NCBI GenBank assembly: GCA_002405515.1 | Contig: DHLZ01000040.1 | Location: 1 to 38,893, forward strand | Direction of reading: 5' to 3' | DNA from: Planctomycetaceae bacterium UBA4655 | Lineage (GTDB): Bacteria; Planctomycetota; Planctomycetia; Pirellulales; UBA1268 | DNA: 38,893 nucleotides | In this document: positions 9,423-18,213 of the stretch, piece after piece | Position numbering within the stretch: the stretch's first letter is position 1 | Layout: every line of letters begins with the position of its first letter | Program-made: the position numbers and the translations under genes | Notes under the pieces: model-generated | What the model saw: the letters and a program-made list of their open reading frames with translations, nothing else | Told to the model about the DNA's origin: nothing | The model's database searches: none

Positions 9423-10802
9423 ATGCCTGCACGACCGACATCAACGATGCTCCCCGGAAGCAAGTCGCGTTTCCTGTCCGCGGCGGGCCGCGTGCTGATC
9501 GTGGCGGTGATGCTCACGTGCGCGATCGGCGACGCGCGGCCGCAGGATGGGGGCGAGCCGAAGCATGCGAACTGGACGAAGCTGGAGGCGGCCGACGCGA
9601 CGCGGGAATTCAAGGAGCGGCTCAAGGAGGCCGGATCGCTCGATCAGGCGGCGAGGACGTTTCTCGTGCAGGACGCGCTCCCGCAGTTGGCGATCGAGGA
9701 GAATCGCAGCTCGATCGAGCGGGTGCGCCGGCGAATACGGGAGCTGCTGCTCACCGAAATCGGCAATCCGCAGGTGCTCGTCGCGGTCAATGCGGTCATC
9801 GCGGACTTCATGGAGTCTCTCGCCCGCGACGGCGCCGCCGATCCAGTGGTCCGGGTGAATGCCGCCCTCTTGATCGGCGAGCTTCGCAACCAGGAGGGCA
9901 AGCCGTGGCAGGATGCGGTGCCGCGGCTCGCCGGCCTCGCGAAGGATCCGAAGGCAATGCCGGCCGTGAGGATCGCGGCCGTCAGCGGGCTCTCGCGGTA
10001 CGGGGCCTCGCTCGCCGCGACACCGGAAACGATGGCGGCCGTCGGGCAGGCCGTGATGGCGATCCTCGCGGAGCCGGCAGCCGACGGCCGGCCGGAGAAG
10101 GACTGGCTCGCGGGGCGGGCGTTGGGGCTGTTGCCGTGGCTCGTGCAGGAGTATCCGCAGCCGGTGGCCGATCAGATCGCGAAGATCCTGGCCGACGAGT
10201 CGCGATCGATCGACGTGAGGGTGCGGGCGGCCGCGGCGCTCGGGGCGCGGGCAGGGACCAAATCGGCGGTGGACGCCGGTCAAACGGTCGCGGCGTGCGA
10301 GGCCCTCGCGATCCGGACCCTCGCGGCGCAAGTCGAAACGGCGGAAAGGAAGCGATTCGAGGAGCATTACCGGCATTTCGTGGGTGGCAAGCCTGCCGAG
10401 CACGGGCACACGGCTGCAGGGAAGGGGGCCGCGACGATGATTCCGGAACAGGTCGTGCGGCGGGAGGCGTGGCGACTCATCACGCTCGCAGCCGCCCTCG
10501 ACGGCGGTGACGGCGCGACGGCGACGGCCGGTCCTCGTGCCGGGGCCGGAGGCAAGGGACTCGCCGGCGTCGCGGAAGGGGCCGTTGCGGAAAAGGCGAC
10601 GTCCCTCGCCGCAACGCTCCGCAAAGCCGCGCTCGCCCTCGATGCCGCGCCGTCCGATCAGGCGGTCGCGGCCGCCCTCGAGCTTCTGCGACCGACCGCG
10701 AAGAAGCCGAAGCCGCAGCGGCGGGACGGGGATCAACCGCCGGGCGAGAAACCGGACCCCGATCGGCAGGCACCGCCGTTCGAGGCGAGCCCGTTTGGGT
10801 GA
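9423..10802 (+). CDS. Hypothetical exported protein with HEAT-like repeats
   Basis: Signal-peptide-like N-terminus. Repeated VRVNAALLIG / VRIAAVSGL / VRVRAAAALG motifs. Starts 4 nt after the previous gene; an alternative ATG lies at 9447. Confidence 0.68.
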   Translation: MPARPTSTMLPGSKSRFLSAAGRVLIVAVMLTCAIGDARPQDGGEPKHANWTKLEAADATREFKERLKEAGSLDQAARTFLVQDALPQLAIEENRSSIERVRRRIRELLLTEIGNPQVLVAVNAVIADFMESLARDGAADPVVRVNAALLIGELRNQEGKPWQDAVPRLAGLAKDPKAMPAVRIAAVSGLSRYGASLAATPETMAAVGQAVMAILAEPAADGRPEKDWLAGRALGLLPWLVQEYPQPVADQIAKILADESRSIDVRVRAAAALGARAGTKSAVDAGQTVAACEALAIRTLAAQVETAERKRFEEHYRHFVGGKPAEHGHTAAGKGAATMIPEQVVRREAWRLITLAAALDGGDGATATAGPRAGAGGKGLAGVAEGAVAEKATSLAATLRKAALALDAAPSDQAVAAALELLRPTAKKPKPQRRDGDQPPGEKPDPDRQAPPFEASPFG

Positions 10803-10844
10803 GAAAAACCGTTTGGCCGAGGGTGGCCGAGAGGCCTCGACTGG

Positions 10845-11273
10845 TCACCGCAAGGGATCGCGGATCACCAAACCGGGGATTTTCACGAAATTGGCATCGT
10901 GAGTCCACAGCTCGGTCGCTCCCCCGTCGAGGGCGCAAAGACCGATCTGCAGATCGAAGACACGCGGGCCCTTCACCGCAAGATCGGCCGCAGTTTGGAC
11001 GAGTCGCGTTGAAAACGCGGGGCCGGGGACGAGCACGGCGACTCCACCCTCGTCGAGCGCCGCCAAAAATGCGGCTGCATCGGACGGTGCCGAGGGCCGC
11101 CCGCTCGCTGTCGGATGTGTGACGATGCTGAAAAACTCGGCGATGCTCGGGAGCGTGATCGCGCAACCACCAGACGAACCACATGCGGCCTCGATCGCAG
11201 ACCGGGCGGATCGGTGCTCCGGTGTTCCCGAGCGATGGGCATAAATGAGCAGGTTCGTGTCGATGGCGATCAT
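10845..11273 (-). CDS. vapC: PIN-domain toxin, VapC family
   Basis: MIAIDTNLLIYAH, SIAEF, RVFDLQI and WTHDANF supply the acidic PIN motifs. ATG overlaps the antitoxin stop (ATGA at 11270-11273). Confidence 0.92.
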   Translation of the reverse strand: MIAIDTNLLIYAHRSGTPEHRSARSAIEAACGSSGGCAITLPSIAEFFSIVTHPTASGRPSAPSDAAAFLAALDEGGVAVLVPGPAFSTRLVQTAADLAVKGPRVFDLQIGLCALDGGATELWTHDANFVKIPGLVIRDPLR

Positions 11274-11518
11274 CGCTGCTGCCGAAGCCACTCGTGCATG
11301 GCGGCTCGGTCGGATACATCGACCCCGGCAGGAAGCCCACCGGCAACGGTTACCCAGCGGATTCTGGCGGGCTTCGCCGCGGGCGCCCGACCGGTTGATC
11401 GGCGTATCTCGGCCCGCAAGCCGCGTTCAATGAGCGCTCGCAGCGGCTGCCGCAACTCGGCCGCCCGCTTCTTCGCCGCGATGAACAGTTCGGTAGGAAG
11501 ATCGACGGTGGTCTTCAT
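11270..11518 (-). CDS. vapB: Ribbon-helix-helix antitoxin, VapB-like
   Basis: MKTTVDLPTELFIAAKKRAAE...LIERGLR RHH pattern, 82 aa, directly upstream of the PIN toxin. Confidence 0.88.
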   Translation of the reverse strand: MKTTVDLPTELFIAAKKRAAELRQPLRALIERGLRAEIRRSTGRAPAAKPARIRWVTVAGGLPAGVDVSDRAAMHEWLRQQR

Positions 11519-11554
11519 ATGGGAAACTGTATTCCCGTATTTATGTATCGTCAA
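11517..11554 (-). promoter_or_regulatory. vapBC promoter with palindromic operator (leaderless)
   Basis: Minus strand: TTGACG (11554-11549), 17 nt, TACAGT (11531-11526), 7 nt, ATG. Inverted repeat ATATGGGAA (11517-11525) / TTCCCGTAT (11532-11540), 8 of 9 matching, is centred on the -10 box. Confidence 0.8.
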
Positions 11555-11599
11555 GCAGTCGGCGACTCACTGATCGGGAGGGACAGCCGGCAAGGCCGT

Positions 11600-12160
11600 T
11601 CACATGGAGAAAGCGTGGAGAAACCAGTCGAGCACGCTCGTAAAGGCGTCGACCCCAAGCTGCTTGCGACGGTCGGGCTCCTTGGGAGTGAGCGGGTCGG
11701 GCACGATCGCGGCCGAGCGGATGCCGGCGTTGAGCCCCGCCTCCCAGTCGGCCGGTGAGTCGCCGAGCATCCAGGCGGCCTCCGGCGGAATCTTGTGCAA
11801 CTCGAGCATCTCGAGGATGAACCGGGGCGAAGGCTTGCGATACCGGGGCGGATCGTCGGGCGTCTCCGTGGCAATGCAGACCGCGTCGAACGGCTGCGGA
11901 CCGAGGTCCAAGAGCTCGATCAGCCGTGCATTGCAGGCCTCCACCTCGGCCAGTGAAAACAGCCCACGGCCGACGCCCGACTGGTTTGTGAAGAGAAAGA
12001 GCTTCACGGCGGCCTCCCTGGCCCGCGAGATGGCCTCGCGAACCCCCGGCAGCAGCACGACCTGGGCCGGATCCCGCAGGTAGTGCACATGCTCGATGAG
12101 CGTGCCGTCGCGGTCGAGGAAGATGGCCTGTGGGGGCGGGCAGGGGGCGCGACGTGACAT
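11600..12160 (-). CDS. gmhB: HAD-IIIA phosphatase, D-glycero-manno-heptose 1,7-bisphosphate phosphatase-like
   Basis: FLDRDGTL, FTNQSGVGRG, RKPSP and MLGDS motifs, in heptose-pathway context. Confidence 0.85.
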   Translation of the reverse strand: MSRRAPCPPPQAIFLDRDGTLIEHVHYLRDPAQVVLLPGVREAISRAREAAVKLFLFTNQSGVGRGLFSLAEVEACNARLIELLDLGPQPFDAVCIATETPDDPPRYRKPSPRFILEMLELHKIPPEAAWMLGDSPADWEAGLNAGIRSAAIVPDPLTPKEPDRRKQLGVDAFTSVLDWFLHAFSM

Positions 12161-12307
12161 GATCCCGAGGGGCTCGCTGAGATGGTGTATGCTCCACGGC
12201 ATCCTCACCCGAAATCAGTGCCGTTGGCAATGCTACCCCGCCAACGTGCTGCGTGCCGGCGTTACGCAAGAGTAATTATCGAGGGACTTACGGAGAGAAG
12301 AGATTTG

Positions 12308-13252
12308 ATGATTGCTGCCACACACGTGCTTGTGACCGGAGGCGCGGGGTATCTCGGCTCGATTCTGTGCGAGCATCTGCTCGACGCGGGGCATCGCGTC
12401 ACGGTACTCGACAGCTTCATGTTCGGGCAAACGCCGCTTTTCCACGTGTGCGCCAACCCGCGACTGGAGATCGTCCGTGGCGACGCTCGCGACGAAACGA
12501 CCGTGCGCAAACTGCTGAAGTCGGCAGATGTCGTGATCCCGCTCGCCGCGCTAGTCGGAGCGCCGCTCTGCGACCGTGACCCGTTCGCCGCGGAGGCCAT
12601 CAACCGCGACGCGGTCAGGCTGATCAACCGCGCCAGATCAAAGAACCAGCTCATCGTCTACCCGACCACCAACAGTGGCTACGGAACGAAGTCGGGGGCG
12701 CAATTCTGCACGGAGGAGACGCCACTGGAGCCCATTTCGCTCTATGGCCGCTCGAAGGTGGAGGCCGAGGAGGACGTGCTCGCCAGCGACAACGCGATCA
12801 CGCTGCGGCTTGCCACTGTGTTTGGCATGTCCCCGCGCATGCGGGTGGATCTGCTCGTCAATCACTTCGTTTACGCGGCCGTGACTGACGGTTACATCAT
12901 CATCTTCGAGAAGGAATTCAAGCGGAACTACATCCACATCCGCGACGTCGCCGACTGTTTCGTGCACTGCATAGCACACCGCGAACGGATGATCGGCAAG
13001 CCTTACAATGCAGGCCTCGACGCGGCCAACCTCTCGAAGGAGGAACTCGCCCTCAAGGTCAAGGAGCACGTGCCGAGTTTCTTCATCCACTTCTCCGAGT
13101 TGGGCAGCGACCCGGACAAGCGAAACTACATCGTCTCGAATCAGCGGCTCCGCGAGGCGGGCTTCGAGGCGAAGCGATCCCTCGACGAAGGCATCGCGGA
13201 ACTGGTCAAAGGCTACCGAATGCTGCGGAAGACCCAGTTCGGGAACGTGTGA
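12308..13252 (+). CDS. NAD-dependent SDR, GDP-D-glycero-D-manno-heptose C4-dehydrogenase-like (Cj1427/WcaG type)
   Basis: TGGAGYLG and YGRSK motifs. IPLAALVGAPLC, YPTTNSGYG, RLATVFGMSPRMRVDLLVN, RNYIHIRD and DPDKRNYIVSN match my recollection of Campylobacter Cj1427. Family is certain; the specific function needs an alignment. Confidence 0.8.
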   Translation: MIAATHVLVTGGAGYLGSILCEHLLDAGHRVTVLDSFMFGQTPLFHVCANPRLEIVRGDARDETTVRKLLKSADVVIPLAALVGAPLCDRDPFAAEAINRDAVRLINRARSKNQLIVYPTTNSGYGTKSGAQFCTEETPLEPISLYGRSKVEAEEDVLASDNAITLRLATVFGMSPRMRVDLLVNHFVYAAVTDGYIIIFEKEFKRNYIHIRDVADCFVHCIAHRERMIGKPYNAGLDAANLSKEELALKVKEHVPSFFIHFSELGSDPDKRNYIVSNQRLREAGFEAKRSLDEGIAELVKGYRMLRKTQFGNV

Positions 13253-13259
13253 GGCGCGC

Positions 13260-13997
13260 ATGCCCGCTGAAGACGACGTGTGGGCGGACGTGACGGCCGT
13301 CATCCTCGCGGGGGGCGTCGGTTCACGGCTGCAGAGCGTGGTGAGTGATCGACCGAAGGGCCTCGCCGAGGTATGCGGCCGGCCATTCCTCGCGTTCCTG
13401 CTCGACCAGCTCGCTGATGCCGGGGCCCGACGGGTGGTCTTCAGCACGGGTCATCTCGCTGATCAGATCAAGTCGGCATTCGGCGTGTCATGGCGAGGGA
13501 TGCACCTGGCCTATTCCCGGGAATCGACGCCACTTGGAACGGGCGGCGGACTACGGCTGGCGCTCCAACTGATCTCCACGCCCACGCTCCTGATCATGAA
13601 CGGCGACTCTTTCTGCTCGTTGGATCTCACCGCGTTCGTGCGGGATCACGCATCGCACCGCCGCGCTCCCGCGATCGTGCTCGCCCGGCAGGAAAACACG
13701 GCGCGATTCGGCCGCGTGGACTACGATCCCGAGCAGCGGGTCGTAGCATTCCGGGAAAAGGCTGCAAGCAGCGGGCCTGGATGGATCAACGCGGGTATTT
13801 ACGCTCTGGAACGGTCGCTCGTGGCAGAACTGCCGACGGATCGGCCGCTATCACTCGAGCGGGAGGCCTTCCCGACCTGGATCGCCCGCGGACTGCGCGG
13901 GTTTCCCAACACCGGGCCTTTCCTCGACATCGGCACGCCTGAGTCCTACGCGGCCGCAGAGCATTTCTTTGCACAAATGCACCGAATTGCACCGTGA
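13260..13997 (+). CDS. hddC: Sugar-1-phosphate nucleotidyltransferase, heptose-1-phosphate guanylyltransferase-like
   Basis: ILAGGVGSRL...PK, PLGTGG, NGDS, INAGIY, SLERE and FLDIGTPESY motifs. Single domain of 245 aa, in context with hddA and gmhB. Confidence 0.8.
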   Translation: MPAEDDVWADVTAVILAGGVGSRLQSVVSDRPKGLAEVCGRPFLAFLLDQLADAGARRVVFSTGHLADQIKSAFGVSWRGMHLAYSRESTPLGTGGGLRLALQLISTPTLLIMNGDSFCSLDLTAFVRDHASHRRAPAIVLARQENTARFGRVDYDPEQRVVAFREKAASSGPGWINAGIYALERSLVAELPTDRPLSLEREAFPTWIARGLRGFPNTGPFLDIGTPESYAAAEHFFAQMHRIAP

Positions 13998-15238
13998 GCC
14001 CGCCGCCCATGGCTGCCGAATCCCAGCTCCGTCGCGATGCCCGCACGCTCGTCGTCGGCGGCGGACTTGTCGGCCTCGCCACCGCCTGGCGGTTGCTCCA
14101 GGCCGGGGTCGAGGACGTTACGCTGGTGGAGAAAGATGCCCGCGTCGCCTGCCAGCAGTCGACGCACAACAGCGGCGTGCTCCACAGCGGCCTCTTTTAC
14201 AAACCTGGCTCCGAAAAGGCGGTGCTCAGCGTCCGCGGCCTGCGGCAGATGGTCGAGTTTTGCCAGGAGCACCGCATTCCGCATGAAATCTGCGGCAAGA
14301 TCGTGGTGGCGACGACCCCAGAGGAAACCACGCGGCTCGACACACTCTGGGACCGGGGCACGCGAAACGGTCTCGTTGGCCTGCGGCGGCTCGCCTCGGC
14401 CGCCGAGATCCGTGCGATCGAGCCGCATGCCGCGGGCATCGCCGCGATCCACGTGCCCCAGGAGGGCATCGTCGACTACCGGGCCGTTGCCGACGCCCTC
14501 GCTGCCGAGATCAAGCGGCTCGGCGGCCGGATTTGCGTTGCCAGCCGCGTGACGGGGATGCGGCGCGACTCCGCAGGCTGGATCGTGCAGACGGCCTCCG
14601 ACGAGTTGCGGGCGGACTTCGTGGTCACGTGCGGCGGCCTCCATTCCGACAGGCTCGTGAGGCTCTCGGGCCTGCGGCCGACGGCCCGGATCGTGCCCTT
14701 CCGCGGCGAGTATTGCGAACTCGTGCCTGCAGCCACGCACCTCGTGCGGCATCTCATCTATCCGGTGCCGGATCCCGCGTTCCCGTTTCTCGGCGTCCAC
14801 TTCACGCGGCTCATTCACGGCGGCGTGGAGGCCGGCCCGAATGCGGTGCTCGCCCTGGCACGGGAGGGCTACTCGTGGGCGGCTGTCAACCTCCGCGACC
14901 TCGGTGGGTCGCTGGCGTTCCGCGGTCTGTGGCGGTTCCTGGCCCGGCATCCGCGGATGTGCGGCTACGAAATCTACCGCTCCTTCAGCCGGGCCGAGTT
15001 CTGTCGGTCGCTCAAAAAGCTCGTGCCGGCGATCGAGCCGGGGCAACTCGGCCCCGGGGGTGCGGGTGTCCGCGCCCAGGCGATGTCACGAGATGGCCGG
15101 CTCGTCGAGGACTTCACGTTCGTTCGCGGGGAGGCCATTCTCCACGTCGTTAACGCCCCGTCACCGGCCGCGACGGCGTCGCTCGCGATCGGGGAGCGGA
15201 TCGCGCAACTAGCGATCGGCGAGGCAGCGGAACTGTAA
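13994..15238 (+). CDS. lhgO: L-2-hydroxyglutarate oxidase family FAD oxidoreductase
   Basis: VVGGGLVG, QSTHNSGVLHSGLFYKPGS, LIYPVPDPAFPFLGVHFT, GVRAQA and NAPSPAATASLAIG motifs. GTGA overlap with the upstream gene. Confidence 0.92.
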   Translation: MSPPPMAAESQLRRDARTLVVGGGLVGLATAWRLLQAGVEDVTLVEKDARVACQQSTHNSGVLHSGLFYKPGSEKAVLSVRGLRQMVEFCQEHRIPHEICGKIVVATTPEETTRLDTLWDRGTRNGLVGLRRLASAAEIRAIEPHAAGIAAIHVPQEGIVDYRAVADALAAEIKRLGGRICVASRVTGMRRDSAGWIVQTASDELRADFVVTCGGLHSDRLVRLSGLRPTARIVPFRGEYCELVPAATHLVRHLIYPVPDPAFPFLGVHFTRLIHGGVEAGPNAVLALAREGYSWAAVNLRDLGGSLAFRGLWRFLARHPRMCGYEIYRSFSRAEFCRSLKKLVPAIEPGQLGPGGAGVRAQAMSRDGRLVEDFTFVRGEAILHVVNAPSPAATASLAIGERIAQLAIGEAAEL

Positions 15239-15239
15239 A

Positions 15240-15606
15240 CGCTGGGCGGCAGCCGCCGACGAGAGCGCTTCACCCGCAAGTCGGGCCATCGGTGGCAGGT
15301 CATCTGGCTCGATACTTGGGCCGCTCACCAATGCCGACCTGCGGGTCAGCGAACCACTCCAGAATGGTTTCCGGCCAATCTGAGGCGACGACTTCGTCGT
15401 CGATGACGGCCACGAGATCGGCCAATCGCTCGAGAATTCGAAGTTCTTCTTGTCGCTCGAATCGCCGGACGCGAATGACAGCGGGTTAGCGAAGTGCCGC
15501 CCCAGCACGCCAGTAGCGACTGCAGCGTGGGCACGAACGTGATGAGTCCCAAGGTCGCGATCACGACCGACAGTGGTGGTTTCTGGGCAAAGTCTGGCGT
15601 GGGTAC
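15240..15606 (-). pseudogene. Frameshifted, truncated GT2 glycosyltransferase remnant
   Basis: GT2 motifs occur in the correct order across three minus frames: PPLSVVIATLG...TLQSLL; SSDKKNF; ADLVAVIDDEVVASDWPETILEWFADPQVGI; VSGPSIEPDDLPPMARLAGEALSS. Confidence 0.7.
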
Positions 15607-15617
15607 AGCCGAACGCT

Positions 15618-17033
15618 CTAGGCGTCCTTGGCTGCAGTTCGCTGGGCGACTTGGTTCCACGGCAAACAAGCGACCGACGACACAAACGCCAATGTCCCGA
15701 CGGACGCCAGCACAACCACGACTTGCTGCATGCTAGCGTGCCATCGCGCGAGGCAGGCTAGATAACAGACCCCGCAGATGAGCAGCGGGATGGCGACGGT
15801 GAACCGGCGCTGGGCGAGCTCGAAATTCATGACGAAGAACGTCAGGCTCAAGGGGCACAGTCCCCAGACCATGAGTCGCACGAGTGGCACGAGGTCGGTC
15901 GACCGCCTACCCGACAGGCCCGTGAGCACGGCCTCCGCAAACAGGCTGCAGAACCCTACCGCGCCACCGATCAGGAGACACGCAAGCACGAGGGCCTTCG
16001 TAAGCGTGCGCCAGTCCGCCTGACTGACGCCGCCGTGCGATACGACCTTCGGAAACATCGCCATCACGATCGGCTGCGGCAGGAACAGGATCATCCGGCC
16101 GACCATCGCGACCACGGCATATCGGCCGGCTTCCTCGGGAGTGAAGAAGTGCTTCGCAAGCACAAGATCAGCGTTCGTCAGGATCGCATAACCGGCGTAA
16201 GCGATCGCGTAGCGGAGGCAGTAGGGGTAGAATCCCGGCGGTCGTTCTGCCCCCGCCGAGCGCCTTCCGAGCACCTGGATCAACCCGACGAACCCGCCGA
16301 GCGCCATCAGTAGCATCGACGCCGTATGCCCGAGCAACGCCCCGGTCGCGGCACCTCCTGCCGCCACGAGCGCGAGGGCTACGCAGAGTCTCAGGAAACT
16401 CGTTGCGGCCCCGATGCCGGCAACCCAGCCAAAGGCCTGGGCTCCCTGGAGCGCGCCCAAGTACGTCGCCCCCACGGCGTTCAACCCCACGGCCAATGCA
16501 GTCAGCAGAAGCGGCGTGGCTCCCTCCACGCGGAAATAACCCGCCAGCGCTGCCTGGCAGGCGACAAGCGGCACACAGGCAACGGCTGCTCCGACAACCA
16601 GGTCACGGGTAACGGCCGACGCCAGCCGTCCCGCTCGTTCGGCCTCACCATCCCTAAGAAATGCAGCTGTGAAATAAGCCACGGCCCACGGCAGCGCTCC
16701 GAGCGGGATGGTGATCGCCGCAAAGATGCCGAGCATGGCTACCAAGGTGCCATACTGCACCTCGTCGAGCATTCGCATCATCGCAGCCTGGAAAACCAGG
16801 TTGCCCACGTTCGCCAATTGGGCGCACGTAAGCAGGATGAGGCTGGGTCCAATGAGATGATCCCGTTCAACCCTGTCGCATTGCTTGATGGGACCGATGA
16901 TCCGCTCGTACACGCCGACGATCCAGCGGAACGGGGAGTGAAGCAGCCGCAGGCGAATGATCGCCGTCAGCATCTCCGCCGGAGCCGCATCGCGACGCTC
17001 TGATTTGTGACTGGCCGAAGGGTCATCGGACAT
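15618..17033 (-). CDS. Oligosaccharide flippase (Wzx/MOP family)
   Basis: About 12 hydrophobic segments, with QYGTLVAML, NADLVLAKHFF...AGRYAVVAMVGR and AMFPKV motifs, in a glycan locus. Start uncertain. Confidence 0.82.
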   Translation of the reverse strand: MSDDPSASHKSERRDAAPAEMLTAIIRLRLLHSPFRWIVGVYERIIGPIKQCDRVERDHLIGPSLILLTCAQLANVGNLVFQAAMMRMLDEVQYGTLVAMLGIFAAITIPLGALPWAVAYFTAAFLRDGEAERAGRLASAVTRDLVVGAAVACVPLVACQAALAGYFRVEGATPLLLTALAVGLNAVGATYLGALQGAQAFGWVAGIGAATSFLRLCVALALVAAGGAATGALLGHTASMLLMALGGFVGLIQVLGRRSAGAERPPGFYPYCLRYAIAYAGYAILTNADLVLAKHFFTPEEAGRYAVVAMVGRMILFLPQPIVMAMFPKVVSHGGVSQADWRTLTKALVLACLLIGGAVGFCSLFAEAVLTGLSGRRSTDLVPLVRLMVWGLCPLSLTFFVMNFELAQRRFTVAIPLLICGVCYLACLARWHASMQQVVVVLASVGTLAFVSSVACLPWNQVAQRTAAKDA

Positions 17034-17157
17034 TTGTGCGCGACGTCAATGAAGTCAAGGATCCGTGGCGTTCACGGGGGGCTCGATCTGACAAGCCTGG
17101 ATTCGCGTCCGGCGGCGGACGCGGCACACGAATGGTCGGGGCTGGGGCGTCTTGATG

Positions 17158-17244
17158 CCCACTACCTGATCCCGGCGTGTCAGTCGCGGCCCTTGGCAAG
17201 TCGCTCTCCATGGCGAAAACTGGTTTCACGACTTAAACTATTGC
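17158..17244 (+). repeat. 87-bp direct repeat, copy A (promoter-like), upstream of the FkbM gene
   Basis: Aligns without gaps to 18093-18179 at 72 of 87 positions (manual count). Contains TAAACT near its 3' end. Confidence 0.85.
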
Positions 17245-17326
17245 TGGAAGTGCTGGCCTTGTCTTGCAGTCGCAAGTCGTTGCAGGCCAAACGTCAAGGC
17301 TGGACTGGGTTTTAAGACCTTTCCTC

Positions 17327-18031
17327 ATGCTACGTCTCCTGCAGCGAGGTTACCACCGCATCTGCCCTCGGATCGAGGTTACCAAGCGACTCTACGGGCT
17401 CCGCTGCCGGCTCAACATCAATGATCACTTGGCGTGGCTGGTATTTCCGCAGTCGAGGACGATCGAGGCTCCGAGTCACGAGTTGATGAGTCGGCACTGG
17501 GGAACGGTTTGGGACATCGGCTGCAACTTCGGCTTTTATTCGATGACGGCGGCCCGATCGGGCAATCGTGTCATCGCATTCGACATGTCACCGCAGGTCC
17601 TGCGGATGCTCGAACGAAGTTGCCTGCTCAATTGGGTTGCCGTGACCACCGTCGCCCAGGCCATGACGCTCACCCCGCGGAACTATTCGGCACCGAACAC
17701 GAGTGCCTGCACGAATCGGTGCATCGACGGCAGCGGCGAACTGCGCAGCATCACCTACCTCGAGGCCGCTGCGCGCTACGGCATGCCGGCATTCATCAAG
17801 ATGGACATCGAGGGTGGCGAACGGGAGTTTCTCGAGTCTGCAGAGTTCCAAAACTGGATCCAGGAAAACCAGATCACGCTGCTCGTGGAGATGCATCACG
17901 GCTACACTCTGCCAGCGGGGGCATTTCCGGCCATGGCTCGTCAGCAAGTCGATCACGACCACCTGCTGCTCGAGCCACTCGGCGGTGCTGGCCGAGGCGA
18001 GCGACAAGCATCACCGAAATCGGAACCATGA
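17327..18031 (+). CDS. FkbM-family SAM-dependent methyltransferase
   Basis: VWDIGCNFGFYS, VIAFD and FIKMDIEGGE motifs. ATG 17327 preferred over TTG 17264. Confidence 0.85.
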   Translation: MLRLLQRGYHRICPRIEVTKRLYGLRCRLNINDHLAWLVFPQSRTIEAPSHELMSRHWGTVWDIGCNFGFYSMTAARSGNRVIAFDMSPQVLRMLERSCLLNWVAVTTVAQAMTLTPRNYSAPNTSACTNRCIDGSGELRSITYLEAAARYGMPAFIKMDIEGGEREFLESAEFQNWIQENQITLLVEMHHGYTLPAGAFPAMARQQVDHDHLLLEPLGGAGRGERQASPKSEP

Positions 18032-18092
18032 GTACGTTCGGCCCGACCCCAACGCGTCATCGGTCACCGATTCGTGAGGTTGCGACACCCTT

Positions 18093-18179
18093 CCCAAATC
18101 CTGATCCCAGCATTTCAGCCGTGGCCCTTGGAAAGTCGCTCTCCGTAGCGATAACTGGTTTGACGACCTAAACTATCGC
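18093..18179 (+). repeat. 87-bp direct repeat, copy B (promoter-like), upstream of hddA
   Basis: Copy of 17158-17244 at a 935-bp offset. TAAACT at 18169-18174. Confidence 0.85.
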
Positions 18180-18213
18180 CAGTACTGCACAGTTAGTCGG
18201 CGGCGATATTGCC

